From NCBI RefSeq assembly GCF_006345805.1, contig NC_043003.1, positions 96,038,001 to 96,102,000 on the forward strand: a stretch of DNA of 64,000 nucleotides. The letters are read 5' to 3'. Each line of letters starts with the position of its first letter. The first letter of the stretch is position 1. Of this stretch, positions 12,966 to 25,861 are shown piece after piece. A program made the translations under genes and the position numbers. The notes under the pieces are model-generated. The model was not told where the DNA came from, searched no databases, and saw only the letters and a program-made list of their open reading frames with translations. The DNA comes from Octopus sinensis. Taxonomy: Eukaryota.

Positions 12966-13204
12966 GCATTAATGCATAGTATATATAATAATGTGAAGTA
13001 TATTTTGCATATTAAAATGTTTAATTTTGGAAATGTTTCAAGCAGAGTTAAAATGAGCAGTAAAAATACAAATTGCAAGTATTTCAAAATGTGGGACACT
13101 GCATGACAAAAACTAACAAAAAAAAAGGAAGAAAATAGTGGTGCTTGTGTTCCAAAGGTACAATGAGAAGGCTCGGGAGAAGGATAGAGAGATTGGGTAG
13201 AGGG

Positions 13205-13650
13205 AAGTTCTAAGGATGTCCTAACTTCCTGGAAAATTGGTCGAAATCTTCCTGGAGAGTTCGGAGTTTTTTCTAACTTCCTGGAAAATAGGTCAAAAAC
13301 TTCCAGGAAATTTCCGAGTATTTCATGGGAAGTTCCAAGGATTTTCTAATTTCCTGGGAAATTTGTCGAAAACCACCTGGAATGTTTCAAGGATTATCTA
13401 AATTCCTGGAAAATTTGTTGAAATCTTCCTGGAACCTTATGAGGATCTCATAGAAATTTCCAAGGATGTCTTCACTTCCTAGAAAATTGGTAGAAAACGT
13501 CCTGGATATTTTCGAGGATTTTCTAACTTCCTAGGAAATTGGTCGAAAACTTCCTGGAAAGTTCCGAGAATTTTCTAACTTCCTGGAAAATTGGTATAAA
13601 CTTCCTGGAAAATTGGTATAAACTTCCTGGAAAGTTCCGAGGATTTCCTA
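13205..13650. repeat. Minisatellite, ~50-bp degenerate unit rich in TTCCTGGAA
   Basis: Repeated TTCTAACTTCCTGGAAAATTGGTCGAAAACTTCCTGGAAAGTTCCGAGGA-like units. Confidence 0.85.
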
Positions 13651-15225
13651 ATTGCCTTGCAAGTGGGACCCAGTTAGAATTTTTTTTAGGTTGAGTAGCC
13701 CATCACACTCAAAGGATCCTTGAATAAGGGTTGTTTAAGGATGTTGAATGAAACACATATGTTTCCAAAGGTGAATTATTCTAACACCAAAGAATTCCTC
13801 TCAACACAAGGCTATGATATTCTTCCACTACTTCTGCTCATTATCAGAGATGCACATATCGTCAGCCACTAAGAGACATACTTAACTGGTTAAGGTCAAG
13901 CAACTAACAAGCAAATTTGGTTTTGCACAGAGTATTGTTCTAGAGAATATCTGTTAAAACACAAGTAAATTAGCAGTTCGTTTTAAAGGTAATTTGACAA
14001 AATGATAGTCTGATGTTAAGCTGACAGTAAAAGGTGTTTGCTGTTATGTACATTTAAAAATATTTTGAAAGTTTACAGTTTAAAATATTTTGGGGATTAC
14101 ATAGACAATATTTTATTTAGGATATGGGCAGTTCCCATGAGTGCTATTTTTTGCATTAAGGTGACTGCATCGATCCAAGTACTCAACTAGTATTTATTTT
14201 ATTAACTTCAAAAGGATGACAGGTAAAGTCGAACTTGGCAGAATTTGAACTCAGAATGTAAAGATGAGTAAAATGTTGGTATTTTTCCTGGCATGCTAAC
14301 AATTTTTGCCAGCTTGTTCCCTTCAACTTTACCATTATTAAGCCAGTGTTGGGAACATAAATTAAAACAAAATTCTGATGAGAAGTTTTTATTTAGATCA
14401 CTCTAAAACAGGAAGTATGTATCATAAAACTAAGGGAGATTTCAGGAAGACTGATATCAAAAAAGGTTAAATCAATGTATACTTGCTTTATCAGTGATTC
14501 TTGGAATGATTTATTTACTAGTTCAATATTTATACTTCCAGAGTTCACTGATAATTTAGTTTTGTTTCATTGATCAATAATTTTAGTGAATATTTTTTTT
14601 TATATCTTTCAGACATTATTGTTAAAAAATTCCCATCTGCGTCTTTTCAGACTTTATACATTATAACAAGAATCCTTCGTTTCATTACCAATAATCCACA
14701 GTCTTTTAGAAACTCTACCATGCTAGATTAAAATTCTAGTGTTTTGGTATTGTTAGTATTAATTTTTCTAATTTATGGTTACTTTTGATCAATTTTATCC
14801 CATTAATTAATACATTCATTTTATGTTTTCCTGAGAGACACTCCTTTATAGTACAATAACATTGATCTTTATTGTAATAAGCAAGATATTGTTGTTGTTG
14901 TATTGGAAGTTGGTGATGAACTTAAAGGAAATATAATGTTGATTTTTTAGGCTTTTTCATAGATTGGACTGTTTAATTTAGCTTTAGTGTTTTTCGTCAC
15001 AACATTAGTCTAAAGATTTTCATTTTGCTTGTAGTCAATAGTTGGTTTATGTTTTGTTTTTGTTATTGTTTAACCGGTTGATGTGTTTGGTGAGGTTCTT
15101 TAATGTTGTTGCTATGTCCTGCTCTAGTTTATTCAATTTAGTCATAAAATTTTTATTTGCTTTAGTGCACAAAATGCTTGTCATTTATGCAAGCCTGCTT
15201 TGTTAAACATTATAAATAACTTACC

Positions 15226-15277
<52 letters not shown>

Positions 15278-15491
15278 AAGAAATAAATGCCATACACATA
15301 TGTAGGTGCAGGAGTGGCTATAGTTGCAGGCATAAATGTGTGATAAGACGTTTACTTCTCGGCCACATGGTTCCAGGTTCAGTCCTATTACATAGCACCT
15401 TGAGCAAGAGCCTTCTACTATTATTCATGGTCAGCAAAAATCTTGTGAGTGAATTTGGGAGATGGAAACTAAAAGAAGACTGTTGTACATG

Positions 15492-15525
<34 letters not shown>

Positions 15526-15969
15526 TGTATGTATGTATGTATGTATGTATGTATGTATGTATGTATGTACGTATGTATGTATGTATGTATGTATGTATGT
15601 ATGTATGTATGCATTATCTAAAGCAACTGGATTAGGTTCCATGAGACTCCAAGTTTCACAGGCCTCTAACAGGAGCTCATCTCTTTCAGGATTTGGCAAT
15701 CCAAAGCCTGAAAGAAATGGTCTCCTGTTAGGGGCCTGTGAAACTAGGATTTGCAAAGGAGTGAATCAAACTGTTTTAAAAACAACACATGTAACTCTTT
15801 CTAAATGTGTTGAGTACCCTTTTCTTTTGTCTGTCCCATCACTCATATATATATATATATTTTAAAAATATAAATATATGCATTTTGATGTTGACATAAG
15901 TTCCTTGCTTTTCCTGATGAGAAAGCGGCATAATGTACTCCTTATTCCTTCGCAATTAGGAATATGCAG

Positions 15970-17762
15970 CCTTCGAAACATATGTCGAAAATAAAGGAAT
16001 TTTGTTAATTCGTCGTTCAGCTCCATTCGTCTTCTCACACATGGCATATTTCCAAAGGTCTCGGTCACTCGTCATTTCCTTGGTGAGGCCAAAAGTTCAA
16101 AGGTTGTGCTTCACCACTTCATCCCAGGTCTTCCTGGGTCTACCTCTTCCACAGGTTCCCTCAACTGCTAGGGTGTGGCACTTTTTCACACAGCTGCCCT
16201 CGTCCATTCTCGCCACATGACCATACCAGCGCAGTTGTCTCTGTTGCACACCACATCTGATGCTTCTTAGGTCTAACATTTCTCTCAAGGTACCTACACT
16301 CTGTCGAGTAAGTACACTGACATTACACATCCATCGGATCATACAGGCTTCATTCCTTGTGAGCTTACGCATGTCCTCAGCAGTCACAGCCCATGTTTCA
16401 CAGTCATGTAGCATGGCTGTTCATACACAAGCATCATACAGTCTACCTTTTACTCTGAGCAAGAGGCCCTTTGTCGCCAGCAGAGGTAGGAGCTCTCTGA
16501 ACTTTGCTCAAGCTATTCTTATTCTAGCAGCTACACTTTCAGCGCACCCTCCCCCACTACTGACTTGGTCACCTAGGTAACGGAAGCTGTCAACTACTTC
16601 TAGTTTTCCTCCCTGGAATGTGGCGGAAGTTGGTCTCTGTGCATTTTCAGTGTTTATTGCTCCCGAGCATCTGCCACATACAAAAACTTTCTTCCCCATT
16701 AGCCTCCCTTTGATATTACTGCACCTCTTATGTGTCCATAGCTTACACTGGGTGCATCTTATAGAGTTTCTATGTACGCCTCTACTACAGATTGAGCAGG
16801 GCCATCTACCTGAAGGGATTTGTGGTTTGCCTACCTTCCTACATATTAGGACTTCGGTTTTAGCTAGGTTGATTCTAAGGCCCTTCGATTCTAATCCTTG
16901 TTTCCACACTTGAAACTTCGCCTCTAGTTCTGATAGTGACTCAGTAATTAGAGGAAGGTCATCAGCATAGAGTAGTTCCCAGGGGCATCCTGTTTTGAAT
17001 TCCCCCCGTATTGCCTGGAGGACTATGATAAATAGGAGGGGGCTGAGGAGTGAACCTTGGTGGACTTCTACCTCTACCCTGAATTCTTCAGTGTACTCAT
17101 TGCCAACCCTCACCTTACTTACAGTGTCCCTGTACATGGCTCACACAGCTCTCACTAACCATTCATCTATCCCTAGTTTCCTCATTGACCACCAGATAAG
17201 GGATCGGGGGACCCTGTCAAAGGCTTTCTCCATGTCAACGAAAGCCAGGTACAGGGACTTATCTTTGGCTAGGTATTTCTCCTGCAGCTGTCTTACCAGA
17301 AATATGGCATCAGTGGTGCTTTTCCCTGGCATGAAACCAAACTGCATCTCATCCAAGCTGACTCTCTCCCTAATCAGTTGGGCTATGACCCTCTCCGTAA
17401 CCTTCATTACCTGATCCAACAGCTTGATACCTCTGTAATTATTTGTATCTACAGCATCACTTTTACCTTTGTAGCAGTTGACTATTATGCTGCTACACCA
17501 GTCATTGGGTATGACTCCTTCGTGTATCACCTGGTTAACTATACAGGTGACTAGGCTATAGCCGACACTGCCAGATATTTTGAGCATCTCTGCAGTAATT
17601 CTTGATAGGACTGGGGCTTTCCCTGTCTTCATTCTCTTAATTGTTTTATCTACCAGGTACTGTTAATTTGGATAGCTGTTGGGTCGACATTTGGCAGACT
17701 CTCATTCTCTCATTCATTTTCTTTATTCAGCAACCTTTCATAGTGGTGTCTCCAAACCTCTC
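15970..17762 (-). mobile_element. RTE-clade LINE, 5'-truncated; reverse transcriptase + PHD-like finger + C-terminal domain, disrupted
   Basis: ORFs 17141-17632, 16508-17137 and 16097-16414: NYRGIKLL, QFGFMPGKSTTDAIF, AFVDMEKAFDRVP, VHQGSLLSP, LLYADD, YLG, RLRWYGHVARM, GRGRPRKTW. Confidence 0.95.
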
Positions 17763-17790
17763 TATAGATAGATAGATAGATAGATAGATA

Positions 17791-18450
17791 ACTTTTTATT
17801 GTAGCCACACAGGGCTAAACACAGAATAAAAATGGACGAAATACAATGTAGAATTTTTTCTTTTCGAGGTGGGATGGGTGGGGCACAAAAAAAAAACCGT
17901 TTGATCAATAGGGATCTGTGGGTTGTGTGGTGTATAAAAAAGCAATATATATATATATATATATATAAGGTTCACAGTTTAGGTGTAGCCTTGGAAAGAA
18001 AAACCTACAAAAAAGACCAAGGTCACCTCAGACAGTTCGCAAAAGAACACATGAGTAAGTCACCTTACTTCTCGTTGTCTCTTTTGGTTACAGATTTATG
18101 CTTAAAATAGTGTCGTCTTTCATACTAACCATTTTTGCCACTTTTATCCACTTTTTATTAAAACATTCTTTCGACACAGCCTTCCTCTCTATTCTCATCC
18201 TCCTTTTCAAGTGGTACTTGAAAAAGTTGACGAGAGATTGACCAGAGAGGAAGGTGTTTGTTTGCAGTCCTTTCAAATGCATCCACCACACACATTCTTT
18301 CGCCATAGCAATCAGCGTAACGAAAACCGTTTTCCCTTCCCGTTTAAAGGAAGGTGGTGGAACAATATTGACGATAGACTCGGCTGATAGGCGGGCCCGG
18401 CCTACACGTGACAACAGCTGTTCGACGAAGGTCCACAGCTCTGAAATATC
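17791..18450 (-). mobile_element. Tx1/L1-clade LINE 3' fragment flanked on both sides by (GATA)n
   Basis: ORF 18088-18414 plus upstream DISELWTFVEQLLSRVG resembles the L1/Tx1 ORF2 C-terminus; AATAAA precedes the (TATC)n on the minus strand. Confidence 0.6.
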
Positions 18451-18542
<92 letters not shown>

Positions 18543-18948
18543 CAACTAACTAGATAGATTGATACATGGATAGATATTGATGGAATTGAAGATAGAATTC
18601 CTCAAAGTAACTGACCAGCTTCATTTCAGTTGAGAATCATCAGACTGTGAGAATAAAGGAAGTTAGAAATGTATTTACGTTCAGTTTGGTCAGAGTTTTA
18701 AGAGTGTGTGTGTGTGTGTGTGTATGTGCGTGCATGCGTGTGTGTGTGTGTGTGTGTTTGTCTATGTATTTGTGGTGGTAATTTATATGGGAGAGAGGAA
18801 TTTTCTTTACAATTGAGAAAGGTACAATGCTTAATAAAGAATGGTTAGCAGGTGTTTCTCCTTTTTCTTTCTGCAGAGAACCAGTTTCAAAATACTTCAA
18901 GAATAGTTTCAAAACTGGGTCAAGACCAAGAAACACACACACACACAC

Positions 18949-19014
<66 letters not shown>

Positions 19015-19291
19015 GCATACATACATACACACATGCACACACACACATGTATATATATATATATATATATATCCTTTTATCTTTCTTACTTGTTTTAGCC
19101 AAATAAATCGACCACAGTACTTACTTCTTTTTAAGCCTGGTGCTTATTTTATTAGTCTCTTTTTGGTGAACTGCTAAGTTACAAAGATGTTACCACACTA
19201 ACACCAGTTGTCAAGAGGTGGTGGGGTACAAACACAGACATAAAGACATACAGTTTCCATCGACCAAATCCACAAGGCTTTGATTGGCCAT

Positions 19292-19325
<34 letters not shown>

Positions 19326-20984
19326 TATGTATAAGTGCAGGCATGACTGTGTGGTAAGAAGCTTTCTTCCCAACCACATGCTTGTGGGTTCAATTTCACT
19401 TGGGCAAGCGTCTTCTACTATAGCTTCGGGCCAACCAAAGTCTTATGACTAGCTTATTCTAACAGCCAATTTACCTATGGGTTTCATTCAAAGAATTGAG
19501 AAAATTCTGAAAGGAATGGTATGGCATGGGATCTCTTCTACATGAGATCTGAAAGTGTCACATCACGTTTATTGGTTTTATGGCAGTTGAAAAAACCTGG
19601 AATGAAATCACATAAGACTTGCCACTTCTAACTGTGATATATATACATACATACATAAATATATATATAGATATATATATTGTTGCATTTTGGGATGGTG
19701 ATTTATTATTTCTGCCATATAAGTACGTGCACTATATATATTTTTTTCTTCACTCGTTTATTATTGTTTTTATTTTATTATTTTAACTCATGTCCATTGT
19801 CCAGAAATCTTTCATCACACATCTGTGACCTCTTCAGCAACACTTTTCACGTGTGTTCTTGCTCATATATATATATAAATTTTATTTCGTAATGAGATAA
19901 AAAAAACAAGGCTGTGTAGATAATAGAACATTTATATATAGAAGGTCTTGCAGTTGTTTCCAAGATATTTATTATATCCCTTCATGGGAGATGGTGTGAG
20001 AGGATGGTTAAGAAACAGTTAATTTAGATACGATACAAAATAGAGAGTGAGGTGGAGGAAATAAAAGAAAATAGATGTGAGATATGTAGGGATGTTGTAT
20101 TTGTAGATCCTTTTTTTTTTTAGGCAGAATGGTATACATATAAGATTCCAATACCTTATGAGTAAAATACAATAGAATTTAAAATTGGCCATTCCAATTT
20201 AAAATTGGTCATTCCAAGTATAGAGTTGATACACAGTGTTATTGAATCCAGGGTTGTGTTTAAAGTGACCTAAAAATAGGGAGTGTATTGTAAGGTCAAA
20301 TCGAAAACAGGAAGAGAGGAATGGAGAAAGAGAAAAAAAGAAGAGAAAAAAGAGAGAATAAGGAGAAGAAATTAAGAAGAAAAATAATAAAATAATAACA
20401 TAATATAATAAAAAATAAAAAAGCAAGAAGAGAGGAATAAAGGAAAGAAAGAAAAAGGAAAAAGGAAAAGAAAGATATAGATAAGGGAAAATGTATCATT
20501 TAATGGTCAGTAGAGATAATTTGAAAGTAGCAGTGGGGAGATAAAGGGTGATAGAGAGAAAAAAATATTAAAGTGTAAGAAGATAGAAGGAATGAGGTGG
20601 GGTAATGAAAGATAAAGGAGTGACAAATGTGTAGTGATAGAGTTTAAATGATGGGGCGGAGATAGGGTTAGTAGTAAAGAATGAAGAATTTAGGAATTTA
20701 GATGGTTTGGCAGGTCAGTGCTTAGTAATATAAGAAAATATATATGTGAAGATGTATACATATGTATATATTAGATATGTATATATATATATTTATACAG
20801 ATGTTTATACATATCAATATCCACACATACAACTCTTAGTCATATGTATATGCATACATGGGCACCCACATATATGTGCATCTGCATATATTATCACCCC
20901 TGTATACGCAGGTATATACACCTTGCATACCTACATACATTCACACATACATATATGCATACACACATTCATACATATACATTA

Positions 20985-21147
20985 GGCGCAGGAGTGGCTG
21001 TGTGGTAAGTAGCTTGCTAACCAGCCACATGGTTCTGGGTTCAGTCCCACTGCGTGGCATCTTGGGCAAGTGTCTTCTGCTATAGCCCCAGGCTGACCAA
21101 TGCCTTGTGAGTGGATTTGGTAGACGGAAACTGAAAGAAGCCTGTCG

Positions 21148-21208
<61 letters not shown>

Positions 21209-21425
21209 GTATGTGTGTGTGTGTTTGTGTGTCTGTGTTTGTCCCCCTAGCATTTCTTGACAACCGGTGCTGGTGTGTTTACGTCCCCGTCACTTAGCGG
21301 TTCAGCAAAAGAGACCGATAGAATAAGTACTGGGCTTACAAAGAATAAGTCCCGGGGTCGATTTGCTCGACTAAAGGTGGTGCTCCAGCATGGCCATAGT
21401 CAAATGACTGAAACAAGTAAAAAGA
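20985..21425 (+). mobile_element. tRNA-derived SINE family 1 (internal (TA)n(TG)n), full length
   Basis: A-box TGGCTGTGTGG, B-box GGTTCAGTCCC, CTTGGGCAAGTGTCTT core, tail ...GGTGCTCCAGCATGGCC; partial copies at ~5575, 15310, 19085, 19335, 31770, 36236, 50205 and 58820. Confidence 0.8.
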
Positions 21426-21559
21426 GTATACACGCACATATGGATGGATGCACATACATGCGAATATAATTAGATGGTTGTGATATTCGAGTATGAGTGA
21501 GGAATTAGACTGGGATTAGGAGTTAGAATGTAGACTTATAGGGTTATTGGGATTACCTA

Positions 21560-22060
21560 GTGGGTATTGTGGAAATGTACTGTATGGTTGCTTAGGCATT
21601 TGGATTTGTGGTAGAATTTGAATGTGTGAAAAAAGCGGTGGTTGCATGTGCTTAGTGCCTCATTATGTTTATTTAGCAGTGCTGGAGAGTTGTGCTTTAA
21701 TATATGAAGTGCCTCCTTCAGGCAAAATTTGCAGGTTGAGAATTGACCTCAGTAGGGAAGTCCTGAGTCCAGTATGGACCATGATAGAGTATAGGGTATA
21801 TTTGTATTTTTGAGTTGATGTATGTGGTTGGCGAGTGTTGTAGATTTACTATGTTTGTCGTATCTAAAAGAATGGAGGTGAGTGGCATATCGTTGCTTAA
21901 CATTTTTGGCTGATCCTATGTATATGGCTGTAGAGTTGTGTAATAGATTAAGGACTGTGCACTTGTAAATTACATTATATCTTCTGCAATGGGTTTGTAA
22001 CGGGCTGATGGTTCCAGGACAGCAATTACAATTAGGTGAATTTTGGGGATTGTGTTCATT
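21560..22060 (-). mobile_element. Penelope-like element GIY-YIG endonuclease end
   Basis: Minus frame: CNCC..SPLQTHCRRYNVIYKCTV...IYIGSAKNVKQRYATHLHSF...CKFCLKEALHIL..LLNKHNEALSTCNH; one in-frame stop. Confidence 0.8.
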
Positions 22061-22386
22061 AATAGAGGAGGTAGTATCATCAGAGGAGGGGTTATAGAAG
22101 TGTGGAAAAGTCTATATTATTATAATTATTAACGTTATCATTACTATCATTGCTATTACTACTATTGTTATTAATTGTACTATTTGTAAAGATGGTGCAC
22201 AGCCTTGGTTTTTTTATCTCACTATGAAATAAAATTTTTATATACACATGCTGACATATGACCACCGTTGAACCCCTTATTCACATAATCACCGAACCTG
22301 GAACTTAACTGCAGTCCATCTATAGCACTTATTCAGCATTACCTGACACCTTTGGGTCTCGATGACACCATTACCTCTCATAACAT

Positions 22387-22429
<43 letters not shown>

Positions 22430-22653
22430 TATACATATATATGTGTGAAGAAGTGCCGCTCCCAAACAGTTGAAGGTATCAGGGGGAGAGGTAGACCCAA
22501 GAAGACATGGGATGAGGTGTAGAAACACTGCCAGATCAGATTGGAGCCTGGTGCAGCCTCCTGGCTTCCCAGACCCTGGTCGAACCGTCCAACCCATGCT
22601 AGCACGGAAAATGGACGTTAAACGATGATGATGATACATACATATATACATAT

Positions 22654-22694
<41 letters not shown>

Positions 22695-24539
22695 CATACA
22701 TTGTACTCAAGAAAACCTGTCCACTACAGCAGAATTGATACCAGTGCTGATGCCACATAAAATGAGCTCATGCTTGTGACATGTAAAAAGCGACCATACC
22801 AGTGCTGTGCAGAAGCACCCAATACACCCTGTGGAGTGGTTGGCATTAGGAAGGGCATCCAGCAGTAGAAGCCATTTAAGAACTGACAATGGAGCCTTGT
22901 GTGGTCCCTGGCCTTACCAGCTCCAATCAAACCATCCTACCCATGCCAGCATGAAAAACGAATGTTAAATGATGATGATTCTGTTCAGGCCTGCCCCTCC
23001 CACACTCTAACCTCTCATTCCCTAGCACTAAGCTGCCTTTCACTCTCTCTACTGTAGCCTGACTCAGTCAAAGGGGATCTTAGTCTTGCAGGTTGATATG
23101 GCAACCTCATTACTGTTGGTATCTTGCAAAAAAGCACCCAGTACATGCTGTAAAGTGGTTGACATTAAAAAGAGTATCCAGCCAGCTATGTCATGCCAAA
23201 GCAAACAGTGGAGTGTAATGCAGTCTTTGACTCTTTTGGATCCTGTCAAACTATCAAACCGTCTGACTTATGCCAGTGCAGAGGACAGACATTAAATGAT
23301 GACACATGTATGCGTGTGTGTGTGTGTGCGTGCATGTGTGTGTGTGCATGTGTGTGTCTGTACGTGTGTGTATACACATATGTATGTATATATATATGCA
23401 TAAAGAAACCTGTGTGCATGTGTGTATATGTATGTGTGTGTGCATGTATGTGTGTATGTGTGTGCATTTGTGTGTGTGTGTGTGCACATGTACATATATA
23501 TATATATGTAGTTGTCTTATTTCCAAGTTTGCTTTATAATCATGCATTTTTGGGGTTATCCCGACTGCACATCTCCATGAGCTATTGTTTCTTGCTGTAC
23601 CCACAAGCTGACCAATGTTCTGTGATCAGAATTTGGTCGATGTAAACTGTATGGAACTTAACAAAATGTATGTGTGTGTGTGTGTGTGTGTGTGCCTGGG
23701 TCTGTGTCTGTGCATGTGTGTATGCGTGTAACGATATCTCTATTGTTGTGTTAAGTTGCAGCACTTTTCATCAACAACATAACTTAATCATTAGATAAAT
23801 AGAGAATAGAGAATAGAGAATGATAGATTAAAATAAGTGTAAGACTGAACTATGCTCTGGAGTTTTAGTCTTTCAATGAAACCAGCACAAAACAAAAAAG
23901 ATGCTCATTTACTGACAACATAAGAATTTATAAACTTCAAGATAACATGCATGAATTAATTCTATTTTGGAATGTTGGCTCTGGAAGCAGATAAGTTATA
24001 AATAATCCTTTCTTTTATAGATGCAAGGCCTGAAATCTGTGGAGAAAGGGGCTAGCCGATTACGTTAACCCGACTACTTGACTGGTCTGTATTTTATCGA
24101 CCCTGAAAACATGAAAGGCAATGAAGACCTCAGCAGAATTTGAACTCAGAATGTAAAGATGGAAGAAATACAATTAAGCATTTTGTCTGGTATACAAATG
24201 ATTCTGACAAGCTAAAATTAATTGTGTACAAATGATGGATTAAAATCCTTTTGGATTAAGTATCAAGAGCAACTTTCATTTTTTTTCCCTCTAAAGGTTC
24301 TTTTTAACCTTTGGATGGAATTATTCACATGCTAATATTTATAGTTTATCTGCTTTAGGATCCAACGTTCCAAACAATAATTACTCTTTTATTAGTTTTA
24401 TTTAGCCGACTGTGACACACTGAACAGCTAAGATTTTAACATAAACAGTATCAAATATCATACCTATATAAGACTTAAGGATTAAACTATAATATCAAGC
24501 CTACTGACAGAATTTAAGCTTCATGTGTTTACTGGTTAG

Positions 24540-24800
24540 ATAAATGTTACAAGTTATAATAAATACAAGTATCCATAATTTCACTGGTCCCAGCATCATG
24601 TTACATGCATCCATGCTGGGGTCAGGTGCATTTCACTTAGTGCTACACATATTGTCTTCTCGCTGTGCAAGATCTCTAAGGTATGATACTTTTCTTCGAT
24701 TTGTGAAGTGTGTAAGACCTTGTACATTCAACATTATTATTGAGTTGAGATTGTGGGTTAATGAATGAATTTGCACTGGGGTAGAAGCACTGGCTAATGC
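24540..24800 (-). mobile_element. LINE APE-endonuclease N-terminal remnant (CR1/L2-like)
   Basis: SIIMLNVQGLTHFTNRRKVSYLRDL resembles the first EEP motif. Confidence 0.45.
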
Positions 24801-25351
24801 TGTATGAGAGCTAGAAGTTTTTTTAAAATTTCTTTTGCCAGATTCATCATCACTAAAAAAGAATTTTCTTGTTTTGGGAGGGTTTGCTTTCTGGAGTTGA
24901 ATATAGTTATAGTTATATGGTTTGCAACCATTGATTTTACTATTGTATCCAGTAGATATCTGGGTGACTTCCAATGAAAGTTTGGACCAACACTGCTCTG
25001 GAAGGGATGTTTCTACTGTGAATTTGATGGTGGCTTGGAGTCATGATTCTACTAGTGCACTGAGTCCCTGGAAGATGAGTGAAAGGACAGTCACACATCA
25101 GACAATCGTTTTGTGTTGGGGATAGCAACAGATTTTAGGATTCTGGGTTACATGTGTAGAAGCTGTTAAGTGTGATTTAGCATTTAGTGGTAGTGTTGTA
25201 AGATGTGTGGTTTGGCATTGGCTGTTATTACTTGTATGAATTGTGTGTCTTGTCCCAGGTAAATGGGTGAAGTTAGTCACTGCACATGCATAGTCTCTCG
25301 TGTTGAGAATAGCAGCATATTTTTGTGATCATAATTTTCTTTTATTTACAG

Positions 25352-25378
25352 TTGACAAATTTATGATGGAGCTGTCAG
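25352..25378 (+). CDS. Candidate 27-nt symmetric (phase 1-1) micro-exon (DKFMMELS)
   Basis: ttttcttttatttacag|TTGACAAATTTATGATGGAGCTGTCAG|gtatac; open frame; no homology recognised. Confidence 0.25.
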
Positions 25379-25861
25379 GTATACATTCAGATTAAGGTGG
25401 ACAGTGGGGGGGGGGGGAAGAAAGGAGCGATTCTTCACTAATAGGAGTAGTAGTAGTAGTGATAATAGTAGTACAGTAGAATAGGATGATGATAGTAAAG
25501 ATGGATCTCTTTTGTTATTCTGAGAAGAATTTCAGTTGCTTGACTGTGGAGAAGAGCTAGAGACTGTGTTGTTTAATAGGTTGTCAATTGTTCTAGTATT
25601 GATGAGTGACTGCCAATGCTAATCTTGTTGTTGCTATTGTTCAGTTGTGGTAAGGGTAGTAGCAGTAGAACATGATGGCAATGATGATGATGATGGGCCA
25701 GTTATAGTATACAGAGGAAATGAGGAATTGGATAGCTACACTGTGAAGGGCATTTGATTGTGAAGTTTAATAGTTCATCAATTGTGCTAGTATTGAGAGA
25801 GTGGCCATAGTTGTTGTTGTTGTAGTTATATATGTTGTTGTTGTAGTTATATATATATATA

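Noticed and set aside
13205-13650. CRISPR-like repeat/spacer appearance (also the RTE UTR modules and CTATAG arrays)
   Set aside because: Eukaryotic context, degenerate units, no unique spacers of constant length and no cas genes
10367-14740. Plus-strand exon chain (10367-10427, 11645-11702, 12287-, 14397-14465, 14622-)
   Set aside because: Phases could not be joined into one stop-free ORF, donors are weak and no protein family was recognised
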